A stretch of DNA of 64,000 bases from a virus. The notes under the pieces are model-generated. The model worked only from the letters and a program-made list of their open reading frames with translations. It was not told the DNA's origin and searched no databases. The position numbers and the translations under genes are program-made. Shown piece after piece: positions 31,605 to 42,353 of this stretch. How positions within the stretch are numbered: the stretch's first letter is position 1; every line of letters begins with the position of its first letter. Location of the stretch: positions 1-64,000 of IMG/VR virus record IMGVR_UViG_3300023174_006980; one strand, written 5' to 3'.

Positions 31605-34600
31605 ATGGCAGAAAATAAAGACAGATATAAATCATCATTCGGTGTCATAAGATGTAATCCTAGGATTTCAGGTAACCTAAAAATAAGTGTTGATTCTAAT
31701 CAGAATATATGGCTTAATTCTATAGATTCTAATTCAGAAATGTCTAAGAATCAATACAAGGGGTACAGAATAACAGATGATTCTAATTTTTCACAGGATG
31801 TTTATTCTTTTTTTGATAGGGGTAAAACACCATCTAATTTTATATTCGGACTAAAAAATGAGGATAGAGTTAGAGACTCACAAGCTAATTCACTAGAAGA
31901 TCAATATTCAGGATTCTATGATATGGGGGTTTCTCCATTAGTATCTAGTCTATATTCTGAAAGTTTTTCTTATCTTGCCCCTATGTGGATGGGTGAAAAA
32001 ATTCCAAAATATTTTGTGATTTTCAGAATCGACGATCCTATTGATTTTCCGTACCAGGTGAAAGTTTATTCTTTGGAGATTGGTAAAATATATAAGGTTA
32101 TAAGCAATGTTGAGGTTGATCCCATAACAGGAAATTCATATGAACCAAGCCCTTATATTATAAAATCCGCTAGAAAAACATACACATCAGGAGATATATT
32201 TACTGCTACCTCTACATCTTTTTCTGAGGTGGGAGGAGAGGGAAATGTTATATTGTTGGATTCTAATTATAATAAACAATTTATAGAGGATTTACAAGGG
32301 CATCTGATTAATAATATATTACCAAAATCATCTATAGTTAAGACCTATTCTTTAGGTGAGAATTCAAAAATAGGAAAATACCTAAGAAAAATTAAAAAAT
32401 CCCAAGCATATTCTCAATCGTTAATAGATGCAAAATTTGAGGAAAGATCCTTAAGCCTATATAATGGTGTTTCGGTTAAAGATGGTGTTTATTGTAGTAA
32501 AGGTGAATATCTAAATAATATATTCACTAATGATAACAACATAATAGAATTTGAAGAGCATATCACAGATGGGTTTAAAAGAAATGATGTTATATCGTAT
32601 AATCTTTTAAACCTTGAATTTTTCTTTGATGATCCTGATGCAGACTTATATTCTATTAACAGATATTTCGGTCTTTATGTTGAAGATATACCTACTGGTG
32701 AGTTTCAATTATCTGGAGATCTTTTTTATACAAAATCTGCATCCAAAAATAACTTCCCTGAACCAAAATCGAAAACACAAATTTCTAATAAAATGATAGC
32801 ACCATTCTATCAGAACAATGATGGTGGTGTTAGATTGTTTCTTGATAATTATACTTTTTGGGGATATATTCCTAGTTCTGATGATGTTCATATAAACGAG
32901 AGACTTAAATTTTTCTATGTCAAGGATAAGAATAATAATTTTTATTCTTATAAACAAATACAGAATTATTCAACATTAGCACAGGATGAAGATAAATGGG
33001 GAGATTCTACAACACAAGATGATCTTATAATACTAAAAAATAAAATTTTAGATCTATCATTATTTGCAGGTATAGATCCAATTAAAACCAAAGAATATAA
33101 AGCTGAAATAACAAACAGCCCAGGTAAATCATACTCTGTATTGAGAATAGGCGATCAATTAACACCAGGAGATGCTATAGTTTTATATCATCCATTTGGT
33201 GTAAATATTTTGAATAATAAAAGATTTGATTATTTTATTGCATCTGATTTAACTTATGTTATAGGAGGATGGGGACCAGGAAGCTACACTGAAGAGGGCG
33301 GAGCATATTATTTCCATCCCTTTGGTACTAAAGCACAGATTGCTAAAGCTATAGCTGATGTTTTAAATAGTGTTAATTATAAAACTTATAAATGTTTTAA
33401 TATAGGCGAAGAGGTTATTGTGAGAACAGACGGAAACGACGAAAGAATAAACGAGCTTTTTTCATTCTATGCTTATAGCGACTATTATAATAAAACAGCT
33501 TTTACATCTACTGGTAAACTTTTTGTCAATGAAATAGATTTTAAGGATTTAACATCTGATATAAAGTTTATAGGAGGATGTAAATATGAGAATACTAGGG
33601 TAAAGATAAGAAAGGAGGATTCTAATAAAATAACTCCTGGTGTTAGCTATGTTAGAACTAATTATGGCTTATCTAAGGTTAAGTTTATAGGATCGTGTAT
33701 AGATGAAACAACATCTGAAGTTGATACACTAACTATAAAAGATTATAATTCACATTCTATTATTGAAATAGAAGATCACACACATACAGTTTTATTAGGA
33801 ACATCTAAAACATTAATTGTTGAAGAGCTGGTTAAAATACAAACGGGAGTTTTTTCAATGTATGGATTAAAAGATCTTGATATTGATTTTTGGTCTAGTA
33901 CTTATGGGAAAACACCAACTGAAGAGTACTATAGATATATTGATGTTCAACCTGACGGAATAACACCAATTATATCGGGTATGGATTATGCAGTTGCTGC
34001 AGATGCAGTAATAAAGTATATGGGAGTTAGGTATGGAGATTTATCTTCTGGTCCAATTTTTATATTCAGAGGCGGTACTGATCCAGCATATAAATTAATA
34101 ACTCCATCGGTACTTTCTAGACAAAATGTTGTACCTTCTCTATATGTTAATGATATATACGATTTATTATCTACTGGAAATAATAATCCACAAACGGATC
34201 TTGATAAATTTCCAGGCTTTGCTGGATTGCAGGATATTAAATTTTTAGAAGATACGCCTGGAATCTTCACTAAGAAGGATCAATTATTTTTTGGTAAGAC
34301 CGATAATGAATATGATGTTCTTAAAGAAAACTCACAAAGAGCATTAACCCTAAAATCAAGGGTTACCCCATATATTTCCAAATGGGTTTATGAGGGTGGA
34401 ACAGATGTTAGAGGAAATGATTACAGACTAAATGTAAGTCATGCTTTTACTCCGTTAAACTTCTCCCCTAGTTTTTTTAGCAATGGTAGAGATCCTTTAT
34501 ATTTTACTAATGAGTGGTATTTATTAGAAAACCCACCAATATTAGCAACTACCTCCCTTTTAAAAACAAGCTCGAATTATTGTGTGGGTAATATAGATAT

Positions 34601-37337
34601 GAATCTTCTAAAGAATGCAGATCCAGGTATACCTGATTATTTTTTAAATTATTTCACAGTAGAAGGAAATGATTTCTATAATATAGATCCTATAAGATAC
34701 AGTGATCTTAAAAATAAACCTTCAGAGGAAAAATACACATACTTCACATATAATAGCGCATCTGGATTTGCAGAAACTATATTTAGAGGAGTTAAAGTAA
34801 GGATAAAAGAAAGAACAGATTCTTCATTACAAACAAAACAAAGAGATCAATTTAAGACAGGTGACAAGAAGTTTAATGATTATAAATTTTCATGTATTTT
34901 AAAATCAATAGAGGATCCAGATCCTTATAGTGTTACATCACCTATAACTTTTCAAATACATCAAAATGACACATTCAAGCATATTACCTTTCTAATAACA
35001 GTTATAATTAATGATTCTAGATTTATAGATCCATCTAAACTTATATCTGCCATATCCGATCCTACTGGTGTTGCGTCTATTGATGCATTTAATACAACGG
35101 GTACATGGTACTATAATCCACAAGGAATATATGGGGGCATTGATTATTTTGGATTATACTCAGTTTCAAATAAAACAAAGCATATAGTAATAGGCCAAGA
35201 TCCGCCACAATATCCGCCTGCGGATTATCTTAACTGGTCTACTAATAATCCATCAAAAAACCCTATAGCATCTGATACCGGTCACGTTAAGCTTAGCGCT
35301 GGACTTAATGCGACCTCTCTAGGTAGCATGGGAATTATTCCTTCTGTTGATTCAGGAACATTAAACGCAACAGGAATAATTCCTATAGCAGAAAATGAGA
35401 ATTATGATACAGATTTAAGGGAAGAAATGAAATATAATGATCCCACCACAGTAGCTCCAAATGATCCTGCTCCAAAGGTCTTTAGCAAAAATTATTTATT
35501 TTCACCTAAGCAGGGAAATACTATTTTTCAGCCATTCTTTTCCACGCCTGTTCCAACTGGGGTAGGAAAGAACTATATTAATTTCAATCAAACGCGTTAT
35601 TACGACCCTTTGACCGGATATTTCTTTAATTTTACGGGTGCTGGATATCCTCCACCTCTTTTTACTAGTATACCAATTCCAGGGATTCAGTATAATAATA
35701 TAAAAAATAGAGCTGTATATCAAAGCGAGTCGGGAGAAAATTATTGGGATTTTATATTTAATAAATTAAGTTTTCCTGAAATTTATAAATTATTTACATC
35801 AGACAGTCCTTATATTAAATATACAAGATCATATTGGGACGAGACAACTAAATCCACTCTTTATAAGGATGACACCTTTGCATTAGAATTAGTTAAGCCA
35901 TCATCTTTTTTACAAAAATCCAGAAAGGTACCCCTTGAGGAAGATTTTAAACCTGATGTATTTTCCAATATTATTGCTGGATATAAATTAGCTGACGAGA
36001 AAACTATAACCGAGTATTTTAGATATGGAGGAGGATACTCTCCTAAATTTAAAGATGTATTATTTTTTGATAACATTAAAAATGATCATCTTAATGCCGA
36101 TAAAAATCCCATATCTAACACAGATATGCTTGATGTACTTGTTACCCTTAGAGAAAAAACAGATGCTGAATCTGAATACTATGGTATTGGGTCTGATTAT
36201 GAGATTTTAATAGACGGAATGCCTAGGAAAAAATTAAGGCTTGTTAGAGGCAATACCTATAAATTTATTTTTGATAATTTTACATCTCTTGCAAATCCTC
36301 CATCTCCACCTTCATTAATACAAAAAGATTTTATAATATCTGGGGTAGAAAATTCGGGCGAGGTAGTTAACATATATTCTAAGGGATTTATAAACTCCGC
36401 TTCTGATAGCGTTTTATTTACTATTCCACAGGATGCACCCGATATTTTATATTATGAGCTTTCTGGCGAAAATTTTTCAGGAGGAACTGCTATAATAGCT
36501 GAAGGATTAGAATTTAAAAATACAACATTGGGAATTAACAAAGAATCTTTTGGACTAGTTAAAAATCTTAATTATTATAAATACTCAGGAATAAATCCAT
36601 TTAGAATAGATCCACAGTCAGGATATAAATTAGAGTATCCCCTTATAGGTGAAACCCCTATAGATAGAAGAGATGTTTCTATATTTGAAAGTACTTGGGA
36701 TCCTGGAAGATACAGAAAGTACTCATCATCCTTATCCTATGAAGAATTACCGGGAACCAAAAACATGACCGAGGATAAATCATTTTTTGGCAGCAAGGTT
36801 ATGAAAACCCCAGAAACTATTAAACAATCATTTCAGTCTAAATATCCAACATCAATAGACGATGTCTTTAATAGCAGCATTGAATTATATAAAGGATATG
36901 AAATACTTTGGGAACAAACAGATACTTTGATAAAAGCTGTTTTATTACTTGACAGAACCGCAATTAAGCATTTTAAAACAGGCGGAGTTGCTAATTCTTT
37001 TAATAGTCTTTTAGTTTCTGAATTTGGTATAGGGAGTGAAACTTCACTTGATGATGATATAGATTCATATATTAATTCAAATATTATAAATGAATACGAA
37101 GCTAAGGAGATAACAGTCTATATAAAGAAACTACCAACCATTTATGTAAAGGGTGTTTCTGCATTAGAGCCAATAATAACTGATCTTTCAGATTATAAAA
37201 AAATATCAAGCGGATTTTTTAAAGCTTCAAATAATAATATAACTAGGAGAGGACCTCTTGAATTTGAGTATACCTTAACTAAGGATCCTGGATATAACTA
37301 TTCAGTAGCCTTTTCTTTTATTATAGGAAAAATATAA
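31605..37337 (+). CDS. Large virion structural protein
   Basis: 1910-aa ORF starting 2 nt after the previous stop, in the structural operon. Confidence 0.55.
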   Translation: MAENKDRYKSSFGVIRCNPRISGNLKISVDSNQNIWLNSIDSNSEMSKNQYKGYRITDDSNFSQDVYSFFDRGKTPSNFIFGLKNEDRVRDSQANSLEDQYSGFYDMGVSPLVSSLYSESFSYLAPMWMGEKIPKYFVIFRIDDPIDFPYQVKVYSLEIGKIYKVISNVEVDPITGNSYEPSPYIIKSARKTYTSGDIFTATSTSFSEVGGEGNVILLDSNYNKQFIEDLQGHLINNILPKSSIVKTYSLGENSKIGKYLRKIKKSQAYSQSLIDAKFEERSLSLYNGVSVKDGVYCSKGEYLNNIFTNDNNIIEFEEHITDGFKRNDVISYNLLNLEFFFDDPDADLYSINRYFGLYVEDIPTGEFQLSGDLFYTKSASKNNFPEPKSKTQISNKMIAPFYQNNDGGVRLFLDNYTFWGYIPSSDDVHINERLKFFYVKDKNNNFYSYKQIQNYSTLAQDEDKWGDSTTQDDLIILKNKILDLSLFAGIDPIKTKEYKAEITNSPGKSYSVLRIGDQLTPGDAIVLYHPFGVNILNNKRFDYFIASDLTYVIGGWGPGSYTEEGGAYYFHPFGTKAQIAKAIADVLNSVNYKTYKCFNIGEEVIVRTDGNDERINELFSFYAYSDYYNKTAFTSTGKLFVNEIDFKDLTSDIKFIGGCKYENTRVKIRKEDSNKITPGVSYVRTNYGLSKVKFIGSCIDETTSEVDTLTIKDYNSHSIIEIEDHTHTVLLGTSKTLIVEELVKIQTGVFSMYGLKDLDIDFWSSTYGKTPTEEYYRYIDVQPDGITPIISGMDYAVAADAVIKYMGVRYGDLSSGPIFIFRGGTDPAYKLITPSVLSRQNVVPSLYVNDIYDLLSTGNNNPQTDLDKFPGFAGLQDIKFLEDTPGIFTKKDQLFFGKTDNEYDVLKENSQRALTLKSRVTPYISKWVYEGGTDVRGNDYRLNVSHAFTPLNFSPSFFSNGRDPLYFTNEWYLLENPPILATTSLLKTSSNYCVGNIDMNLLKNADPGIPDYFLNYFTVEGNDFYNIDPIRYSDLKNKPSEEKYTYFTYNSASGFAETIFRGVKVRIKERTDSSLQTKQRDQFKTGDKKFNDYKFSCILKSIEDPDPYSVTSPITFQIHQNDTFKHITFLITVIINDSRFIDPSKLISAISDPTGVASIDAFNTTGTWYYNPQGIYGGIDYFGLYSVSNKTKHIVIGQDPPQYPPADYLNWSTNNPSKNPIASDTGHVKLSAGLNATSLGSMGIIPSVDSGTLNATGIIPIAENENYDTDLREEMKYNDPTTVAPNDPAPKVFSKNYLFSPKQGNTIFQPFFSTPVPTGVGKNYINFNQTRYYDPLTGYFFNFTGAGYPPPLFTSIPIPGIQYNNIKNRAVYQSESGENYWDFIFNKLSFPEIYKLFTSDSPYIKYTRSYWDETTKSTLYKDDTFALELVKPSSFLQKSRKVPLEEDFKPDVFSNIIAGYKLADEKTITEYFRYGGGYSPKFKDVLFFDNIKNDHLNADKNPISNTDMLDVLVTLREKTDAESEYYGIGSDYEILIDGMPRKKLRLVRGNTYKFIFDNFTSLANPPSPPSLIQKDFIISGVENSGEVVNIYSKGFINSASDSVLFTIPQDAPDILYYELSGENFSGGTAIIAEGLEFKNTTLGINKESFGLVKNLNYYKYSGINPFRIDPQSGYKLEYPLIGETPIDRRDVSIFESTWDPGRYRKYSSSLSYEELPGTKNMTEDKSFFGSKVMKTPETIKQSFQSKYPTSIDDVFNSSIELYKGYEILWEQTDTLIKAVLLLDRTAIKHFKTGGVANSFNSLLVSEFGIGSETSLDDDIDSYINSNIINEYEAKEITVYIKKLPTIYVKGVSALEPIITDLSDYKKISSGFFKASNNNITRRGPLEFEYTLTKDPGYNYSVAFSFIIGKI

Positions 37338-37352
37338 GGAAGTTTAGATAGT

Positions 37353-37360
37353 GATATATA
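37353..37360 (+). promoter_or_regulatory. GATATATA box (candidate late promoter)
   Basis: Exact motif upstream of tail fibre ATG 37382. Confidence 0.65.
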
Positions 37361-37381
37361 TAAAAACTAATTAAGTTAGAG

Positions 37382-40300
37382 ATGCCAAAAATTAATGTAC
37401 TGAATATAGCTCCGGGAGACAATCAAACAATCCTTATTGATAAGATTAATTATAATTTTGATCAGATTCTCACAGCTGGGGGTGGACCTCAAGGTCCTCA
37501 GGGTATAAGGGGAGCAACCGGAGCCATTGGACCGCAGGGTATACAGGGACCAGTGGGTCCTCAGGGTCAAAAAGGAGCTAGATGGTATGTTCAATCTGCA
37601 GCTCCTGCTTTTGGAACGGTAGTTCACAGTCCTTGGGGAGAGCCTGAGCTTGGAGATTATTGGCTAGCAGATTCAAACGATCCAAATCCCTATGGTATTT
37701 ATGTGTATAATGATAATGGTACAGGAACTTTAAATTGGGAATATAGCGGGGTTTTCTTTAATAATTCATCATTATTTACAGCATTTGATAATACTAATGC
37801 TGACGTTGATAGAGTTATTCTACATGATGATATAAATGCTCCTAATTATTCCTTAGTTATCAGTGATTATGCTGTTACTACAGGAGATATCGATTATACA
37901 TATGATGAATTACCATACACACAATTTGGAATTAATAGTGAAAAAGCCAAATTAAAAATTGCAACTGATCACACAACAAGAACACTTAGCCTGTTGTCTT
38001 TTGGTCGTGCAAATATGGATAATGCCAATGCAAATTCTTCCCAATATTCAAGAACTGTTAATCCAAGATTTGAATGGAAAAATCTATCAGTGGGGACAGA
38101 TTATGATATAAAATTTAATGTACCAAATTCTAATTATGATATAGAATTAACTGGACCTGGAAAAGTTTTTTATAGCAAAGCTTCATATGTTAATCTAGAG
38201 GGTACTGCTCAAGTAAATATTACTGGACCTAATGTAAGCATTAGAAGAAATGGAGCTGGCAATCTTTTTAATAACTACGGCACAGGAGATTACTATGCAG
38301 AGGGTAATAAAATTAGATATAAGCCTGATTATAGCACATCTACAGGCAATTTTATAATTGGTAGTGATGTTACAACGCCAGGTACTAAAGGCCTTGTAGT
38401 ATCCTCTATAGGATCAGCTAGTGGTAGTGGAAATTCTTTAGTTTTTAAGGCAGACGCAACTGCTTCAAATAAATATTACGGAAGAGTTATTGCTGAAAAA
38501 CAATCATCTGCTACTCCTTTAGCTGGTATTGGATTTGCTGTGGATCTTGTTGATAACTCAAACAACACTAGAATTGATTTTTCAGTAAGCAGTGTTTCTA
38601 AAGGATTGGATATAAATAGACTAACTTTAGATAGCGATGGAAACCTCCAATTTAAATTTGGATCTCTCACAGGAACATCAAAGAATGCAAAGATCTACAT
38701 GCAAACCGCAGGGACTAGCGATCCAGGAGCAAATCTTTCAGTTTCTGCTGGTGATGCTGTAAGCGGAATAGCTCAGGGCGGTACTATAGAGATAAATGGG
38801 GGTTTAGGTGGATTAAACCCCTCAACTACAAGTGGCGACGTTATAATAAACCCAGGAAACACTGTTAAAGGTAATTCTAATCCTAATGCAGGTGCTATTT
38901 ATTTACATAATAATTTTCCATTAAAGGGAAATAACACAGGTGTTGCCATAGGTATAAATACTTCTACAGATGTAAATGCATCACTTGTTATATCTGATGT
39001 TAATCCCAATATGGGTGTTGACATCTTGCAAATAAAAACACAACAGCAAAGATCTACTAACGATTATTTCTTTGGATTTGATTCTGATGGATATGTTTCT
39101 AGAGGTCTTCCTTATAATCCTAATCTTTATGACGCAAATTCTGGAACTGGATATCAGCTTTCCGCAGATCCTACAAATCTAGATTACTATATAGAAGGAG
39201 ATTGGGGGAGCACATTAACACTACAAACTAGAGGGGATGCTACAACTACTGGATGGGATCCATCACTATATTTAACTGTATTAAGATCTAGATTTACCAG
39301 AATAGGCGACACAGTTCAGGTTGACTTTGTTGCTAAGATTAATATAACTTCACCTTTACCTACTGGATATCCTGCTTCTGATGGTGTAATGTATATAGCA
39401 GGATTACCATATAAGCCGGATTTCGATAGGGGTGCAGGAATCGTATATGATTACAATATTCCTGTTATGCCTAGATTTTCAGTAAAGGCAGCTAATATAG
39501 TACAATCAGCAACCAGTACAGTAGCTCAATCCCAGATACCTGCGGGAACTATTATAGCATGGGCCGGACCAACAGCAACTAAACCCAATGGATGGGCAGT
39601 TTGTGACGGCACTAAATATAATAAAGTTGCAGCTGCTAGCGGTCCTGGATATCCTGATTTATTTGCTGCAATAGGGTCAACATATAATGTTCCTCTTACA
39701 CCAACTACTCAGTTTTGTGTTCCCGACTATAGAGGAAAATTTTTAAGGGGACTTGGCTCAGTTGGAGGAATATCAACAACACAAGCATCTGCTGCATTAG
39801 GAGCAGTACAACAAGATTCACTTAAATCGCACACGCATACAATTGATGGCGGGGGTGATGCTTATATAGATGATGTATATCCTGGAAATTTAAAGGGCAG
39901 ACAAAATCAGGATAATAGAATGGTTTCATATACAACATCTGCAACAGGCGACGTTGAAACACGGCCAGTTAACCAGTCTGTTAATTATCTTATTTATCTA
40001 GGAAAATCAACCGATGTACAATCTACAACTGTAACCACAACAAATATACCACAGATGGATTTAGGAGCTGCATTTGTGTATGAGAATTCTAGTGAAACTA
40101 GGCTTTATCTTTATAATGATGGCGGAACTTTTAATTTAGATAATTTTCCTGCTAATGGAGGTGGGACATCATATCTTAGTGGATCATTCTCATATTTCAC
40201 GCAGGATTCAACAACATACGCTATTCCCGGATGTACAACTCCTACTTGGATTAGTGTCGAGTTTCTTACTAGCAATCAGCTTAAATTCAAATGGCGTAAT

Positions 40301-41293
40301 GGTTTTGGAAGTCCTACAACATTTATAATAGAAGCATCTCTCAATAACACCAACTGGATAACTTTACATAATAATCTTCCTCCTACATCCCCTGGGGTTG
40401 TTATAGTACCAACTCCTGCTGGATATCCTAATACAACAGGAGATCTAAAAACATATTTTAGAATCACACAAAATTGTGCTAGTGGTCCAGGAGCAGGATC
40501 TGCAACATACACATACCAAGCTACCTCTTGTGTTGCCCCTACCTTTGTTAGACTTGATGGATTATCATCTAGCACTGCAAGCCTTGTTTGGACAAGCGGA
40601 ACAGGAGTAACAGATACCACTGCAGTTCTTGTAGACTATAGCATAGATGGTGGAACTACATGGAGTAATAACCCAGGAGGATTCGGGGGAACACAACCTG
40701 TGGCTTCAACTAGTCCTTACACATTAGTAGGTTTACAGTCAGGATGGAAAGTTAGAATACATCAAATATGTAGTAATAATAATCAGCCTGTTTATGCAGT
40801 TCAGACATGGCAGTTTACACCTCCTGCTACACTTCCTATAAACCAATATATTTATCGTGCAGGTCCAGCAGGGAACAGGGGAACAGTTGGTGGATATGCT
40901 AACCAATGGTTCCTAACAGTGAACTTAACTGATACGGATCCTGCGACATTCACTCCTGGTATATTTACAGCCTTCCCTGACCCTGCTGTTGCATTATGTC
41001 CTTATGATGTTTCTTATATAACAGGTACCTATAGGAGAGCAGATAATTCAATAGGAACTTGGCAAGTTGTTACTAGCGTACTAACTGGAGGATTAAACAC
41101 GACTATAGCCCTTAATGGAACACAAGCTAAATTCTATATGAAAGATCCTACTAATTCCGCCCAGATTTTAACCTCCGCTCAAACTGCTGCTAATCCGCAG
41201 TTTACTATAACCCCTAGTTCGACCCCAACTATTTTCTGCTCCAGCGGGGCACAACCTGTACAATTATATTTAAATGATGCTCTTGGTACATAA
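37382..41293 (+). CDS. Tail fibre protein with collagen segment, tail collar domain and FN3-like C-terminal domains
   Basis: 11 Gly-X-Y triplets; collar motif IPAGTIIAWAG..PNGWAVCDG...YPDLFAAIG...VPDYRGKFLRG; HTH metal motif; ETRPVN. Confidence 0.85.
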   Translation: MPKINVLNIAPGDNQTILIDKINYNFDQILTAGGGPQGPQGIRGATGAIGPQGIQGPVGPQGQKGARWYVQSAAPAFGTVVHSPWGEPELGDYWLADSNDPNPYGIYVYNDNGTGTLNWEYSGVFFNNSSLFTAFDNTNADVDRVILHDDINAPNYSLVISDYAVTTGDIDYTYDELPYTQFGINSEKAKLKIATDHTTRTLSLLSFGRANMDNANANSSQYSRTVNPRFEWKNLSVGTDYDIKFNVPNSNYDIELTGPGKVFYSKASYVNLEGTAQVNITGPNVSIRRNGAGNLFNNYGTGDYYAEGNKIRYKPDYSTSTGNFIIGSDVTTPGTKGLVVSSIGSASGSGNSLVFKADATASNKYYGRVIAEKQSSATPLAGIGFAVDLVDNSNNTRIDFSVSSVSKGLDINRLTLDSDGNLQFKFGSLTGTSKNAKIYMQTAGTSDPGANLSVSAGDAVSGIAQGGTIEINGGLGGLNPSTTSGDVIINPGNTVKGNSNPNAGAIYLHNNFPLKGNNTGVAIGINTSTDVNASLVISDVNPNMGVDILQIKTQQQRSTNDYFFGFDSDGYVSRGLPYNPNLYDANSGTGYQLSADPTNLDYYIEGDWGSTLTLQTRGDATTTGWDPSLYLTVLRSRFTRIGDTVQVDFVAKINITSPLPTGYPASDGVMYIAGLPYKPDFDRGAGIVYDYNIPVMPRFSVKAANIVQSATSTVAQSQIPAGTIIAWAGPTATKPNGWAVCDGTKYNKVAAASGPGYPDLFAAIGSTYNVPLTPTTQFCVPDYRGKFLRGLGSVGGISTTQASAALGAVQQDSLKSHTHTIDGGGDAYIDDVYPGNLKGRQNQDNRMVSYTTSATGDVETRPVNQSVNYLIYLGKSTDVQSTTVTTTNIPQMDLGAAFVYENSSETRLYLYNDGGTFNLDNFPANGGGTSYLSGSFSYFTQDSTTYAIPGCTTPTWISVEFLTSNQLKFKWRNGFGSPTTFIIEASLNNTNWITLHNNLPPTSPGVVIVPTPAGYPNTTGDLKTYFRITQNCASGPGAGSATYTYQATSCVAPTFVRLDGLSSSTASLVWTSGTGVTDTTAVLVDYSIDGGTTWSNNPGGFGGTQPVASTSPYTLVGLQSGWKVRIHQICSNNNQPVYAVQTWQFTPPATLPINQYIYRAGPAGNRGTVGGYANQWFLTVNLTDTDPATFTPGIFTAFPDPAVALCPYDVSYITGTYRRADNSIGTWQVVTSVLTGGLNTTIALNGTQAKFYMKDPTNSAQILTSAQTAANPQFTITPSSTPTIFCSSGAQPVQLYLNDALGT
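37484..37582 (+). repeat. Collagen-like Gly-X-Y coding repeat (11 triplets)
   Basis: GPQGPQGIRGATGAIGPQGIQGPVGPQGQKGAR. Confidence 0.9.
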
Positions 41294-41316
41294 ACTTTTA
41301 ATTAGTAAAAAAATAT

Positions 41317-41598
41317 ATGAATAGCAAGGAAAAAAATATCATAAGATCTATAATGAATAATTATAGATCTATGCACAAAGAATTGGAATCCTATGAGAAA
41401 GTTTTAAATGAAATGGAATCAGGATCTTTAGAAAAAGATTCGAATATGATAAGTGATACTGGTAATAAAATAAAAGAATGTGTTCAAAGATTAAAATCGC
41501 AAAGAGAGGATGAAGTTAATTTCTTTAATGAGATAGGTAAAAAATACGGGCCTGGTGAATTTAATCCTATAACGTTTGAATATAACCTAAAGAAATGA
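41317..41598 (+). CDS. Small coiled-coil protein, possible fibre assembly chaperone
   Basis: Follows the fibre gene; helical, with a KKYGPGEFNP..FEY terminus. Confidence 0.45.
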   Translation: MNSKEKNIIRSIMNNYRSMHKELESYEKVLNEMESGSLEKDSNMISDTGNKIKECVQRLKSQREDEVNFFNEIGKKYGPGEFNPITFEYNLKK

Positions 41599-42332
41599 AA
41601 AATAACTTCTTTCTTATTGTGATTATTTTGGCTTTAGTACTTCTCTTTGTTAGGCAATGTCATAAAACAAACGAACTAAAAATAGATAAAGAAATAGCAG
41701 AGAGTAATCTAGATGCTTTAAAAGACACTGTGGCAACTGAAAAAAATAAAGCAGGAGAAATAGAATTCACAAAGCAGGCTTTAATATCTAAATCAGAAAA
41801 TTTAGAAAAATGGAATAAAGAATTAGCAGATCAGGTTAAAAAAGAGAAAGGAAAAGTCATTTATATTCAAAAAAGTTCAGGTCAGGTTATTTCAGTTCCC
41901 ACTGAGGTGATAACAAATATTGTTAACGTATATGATAACGAAACAGCATCAATTGAAACCCAATTTGATACTGTTTATAGCCCAGACAACTACAGAAGAC
42001 TTAGTTTAATGACAACAGTCAAAATGGATTCTAGTAAAATAAAATCATCATCATCACGGATAACTAAAGATGATATAGGATTTAATATAGTGACTGGATT
42101 AAAAGAAGATGGAGGAAAAATAAGGATAATTGTCAGATCTGATTATCCAGGATTAACTTTTACTAAAATAGACGGAGCTCTAGTAGATCCTCATAAATCA
42201 GAGGTTTTAAAAAGAATGTTTCCTCAGAAAAAATTTGGTATAGGACCTGTTCTTGGATATGGTATTAATAGCACATTAAAACCTGGATTTTTTGCCGGCG
42301 TTGGACTTAGCTACAATATTATTCGTTGGTAA
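41595..42332 (+). CDS. Membrane-anchored spanin-like lysis protein
   Basis: N-terminal hydrophobic helix ending VRQC, then a coiled coil, then a Gly-rich beta-hairpin ending in YNIIRW. Confidence 0.5.
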   Translation: MKNNFFLIVIILALVLLFVRQCHKTNELKIDKEIAESNLDALKDTVATEKNKAGEIEFTKQALISKSENLEKWNKELADQVKKEKGKVIYIQKSSGQVISVPTEVITNIVNVYDNETASIETQFDTVYSPDNYRRLSLMTTVKMDSSKIKSSSSRITKDDIGFNIVTGLKEDGGKIRIIVRSDYPGLTFTKIDGALVDPHKSEVLKRMFPQKKFGIGPVLGYGINSTLKPGFFAGVGLSYNIIRW

Positions 42333-42339
42333 TAAACCT

Positions 42340-42347
42340 GATATATA
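42340..42347 (+). promoter_or_regulatory. GATATATA box (candidate late promoter)
   Basis: Exact motif 6 nt upstream of ATG 42354. Confidence 0.65.
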
Positions 42348-42353
42348 GAGAAC

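Noticed and set aside
34152-34159. GATATATA inside the 1910-aa gene as a promoter
   Set aside because: It is intragenic with no evident downstream gene start, so it was treated as a chance occurrence.
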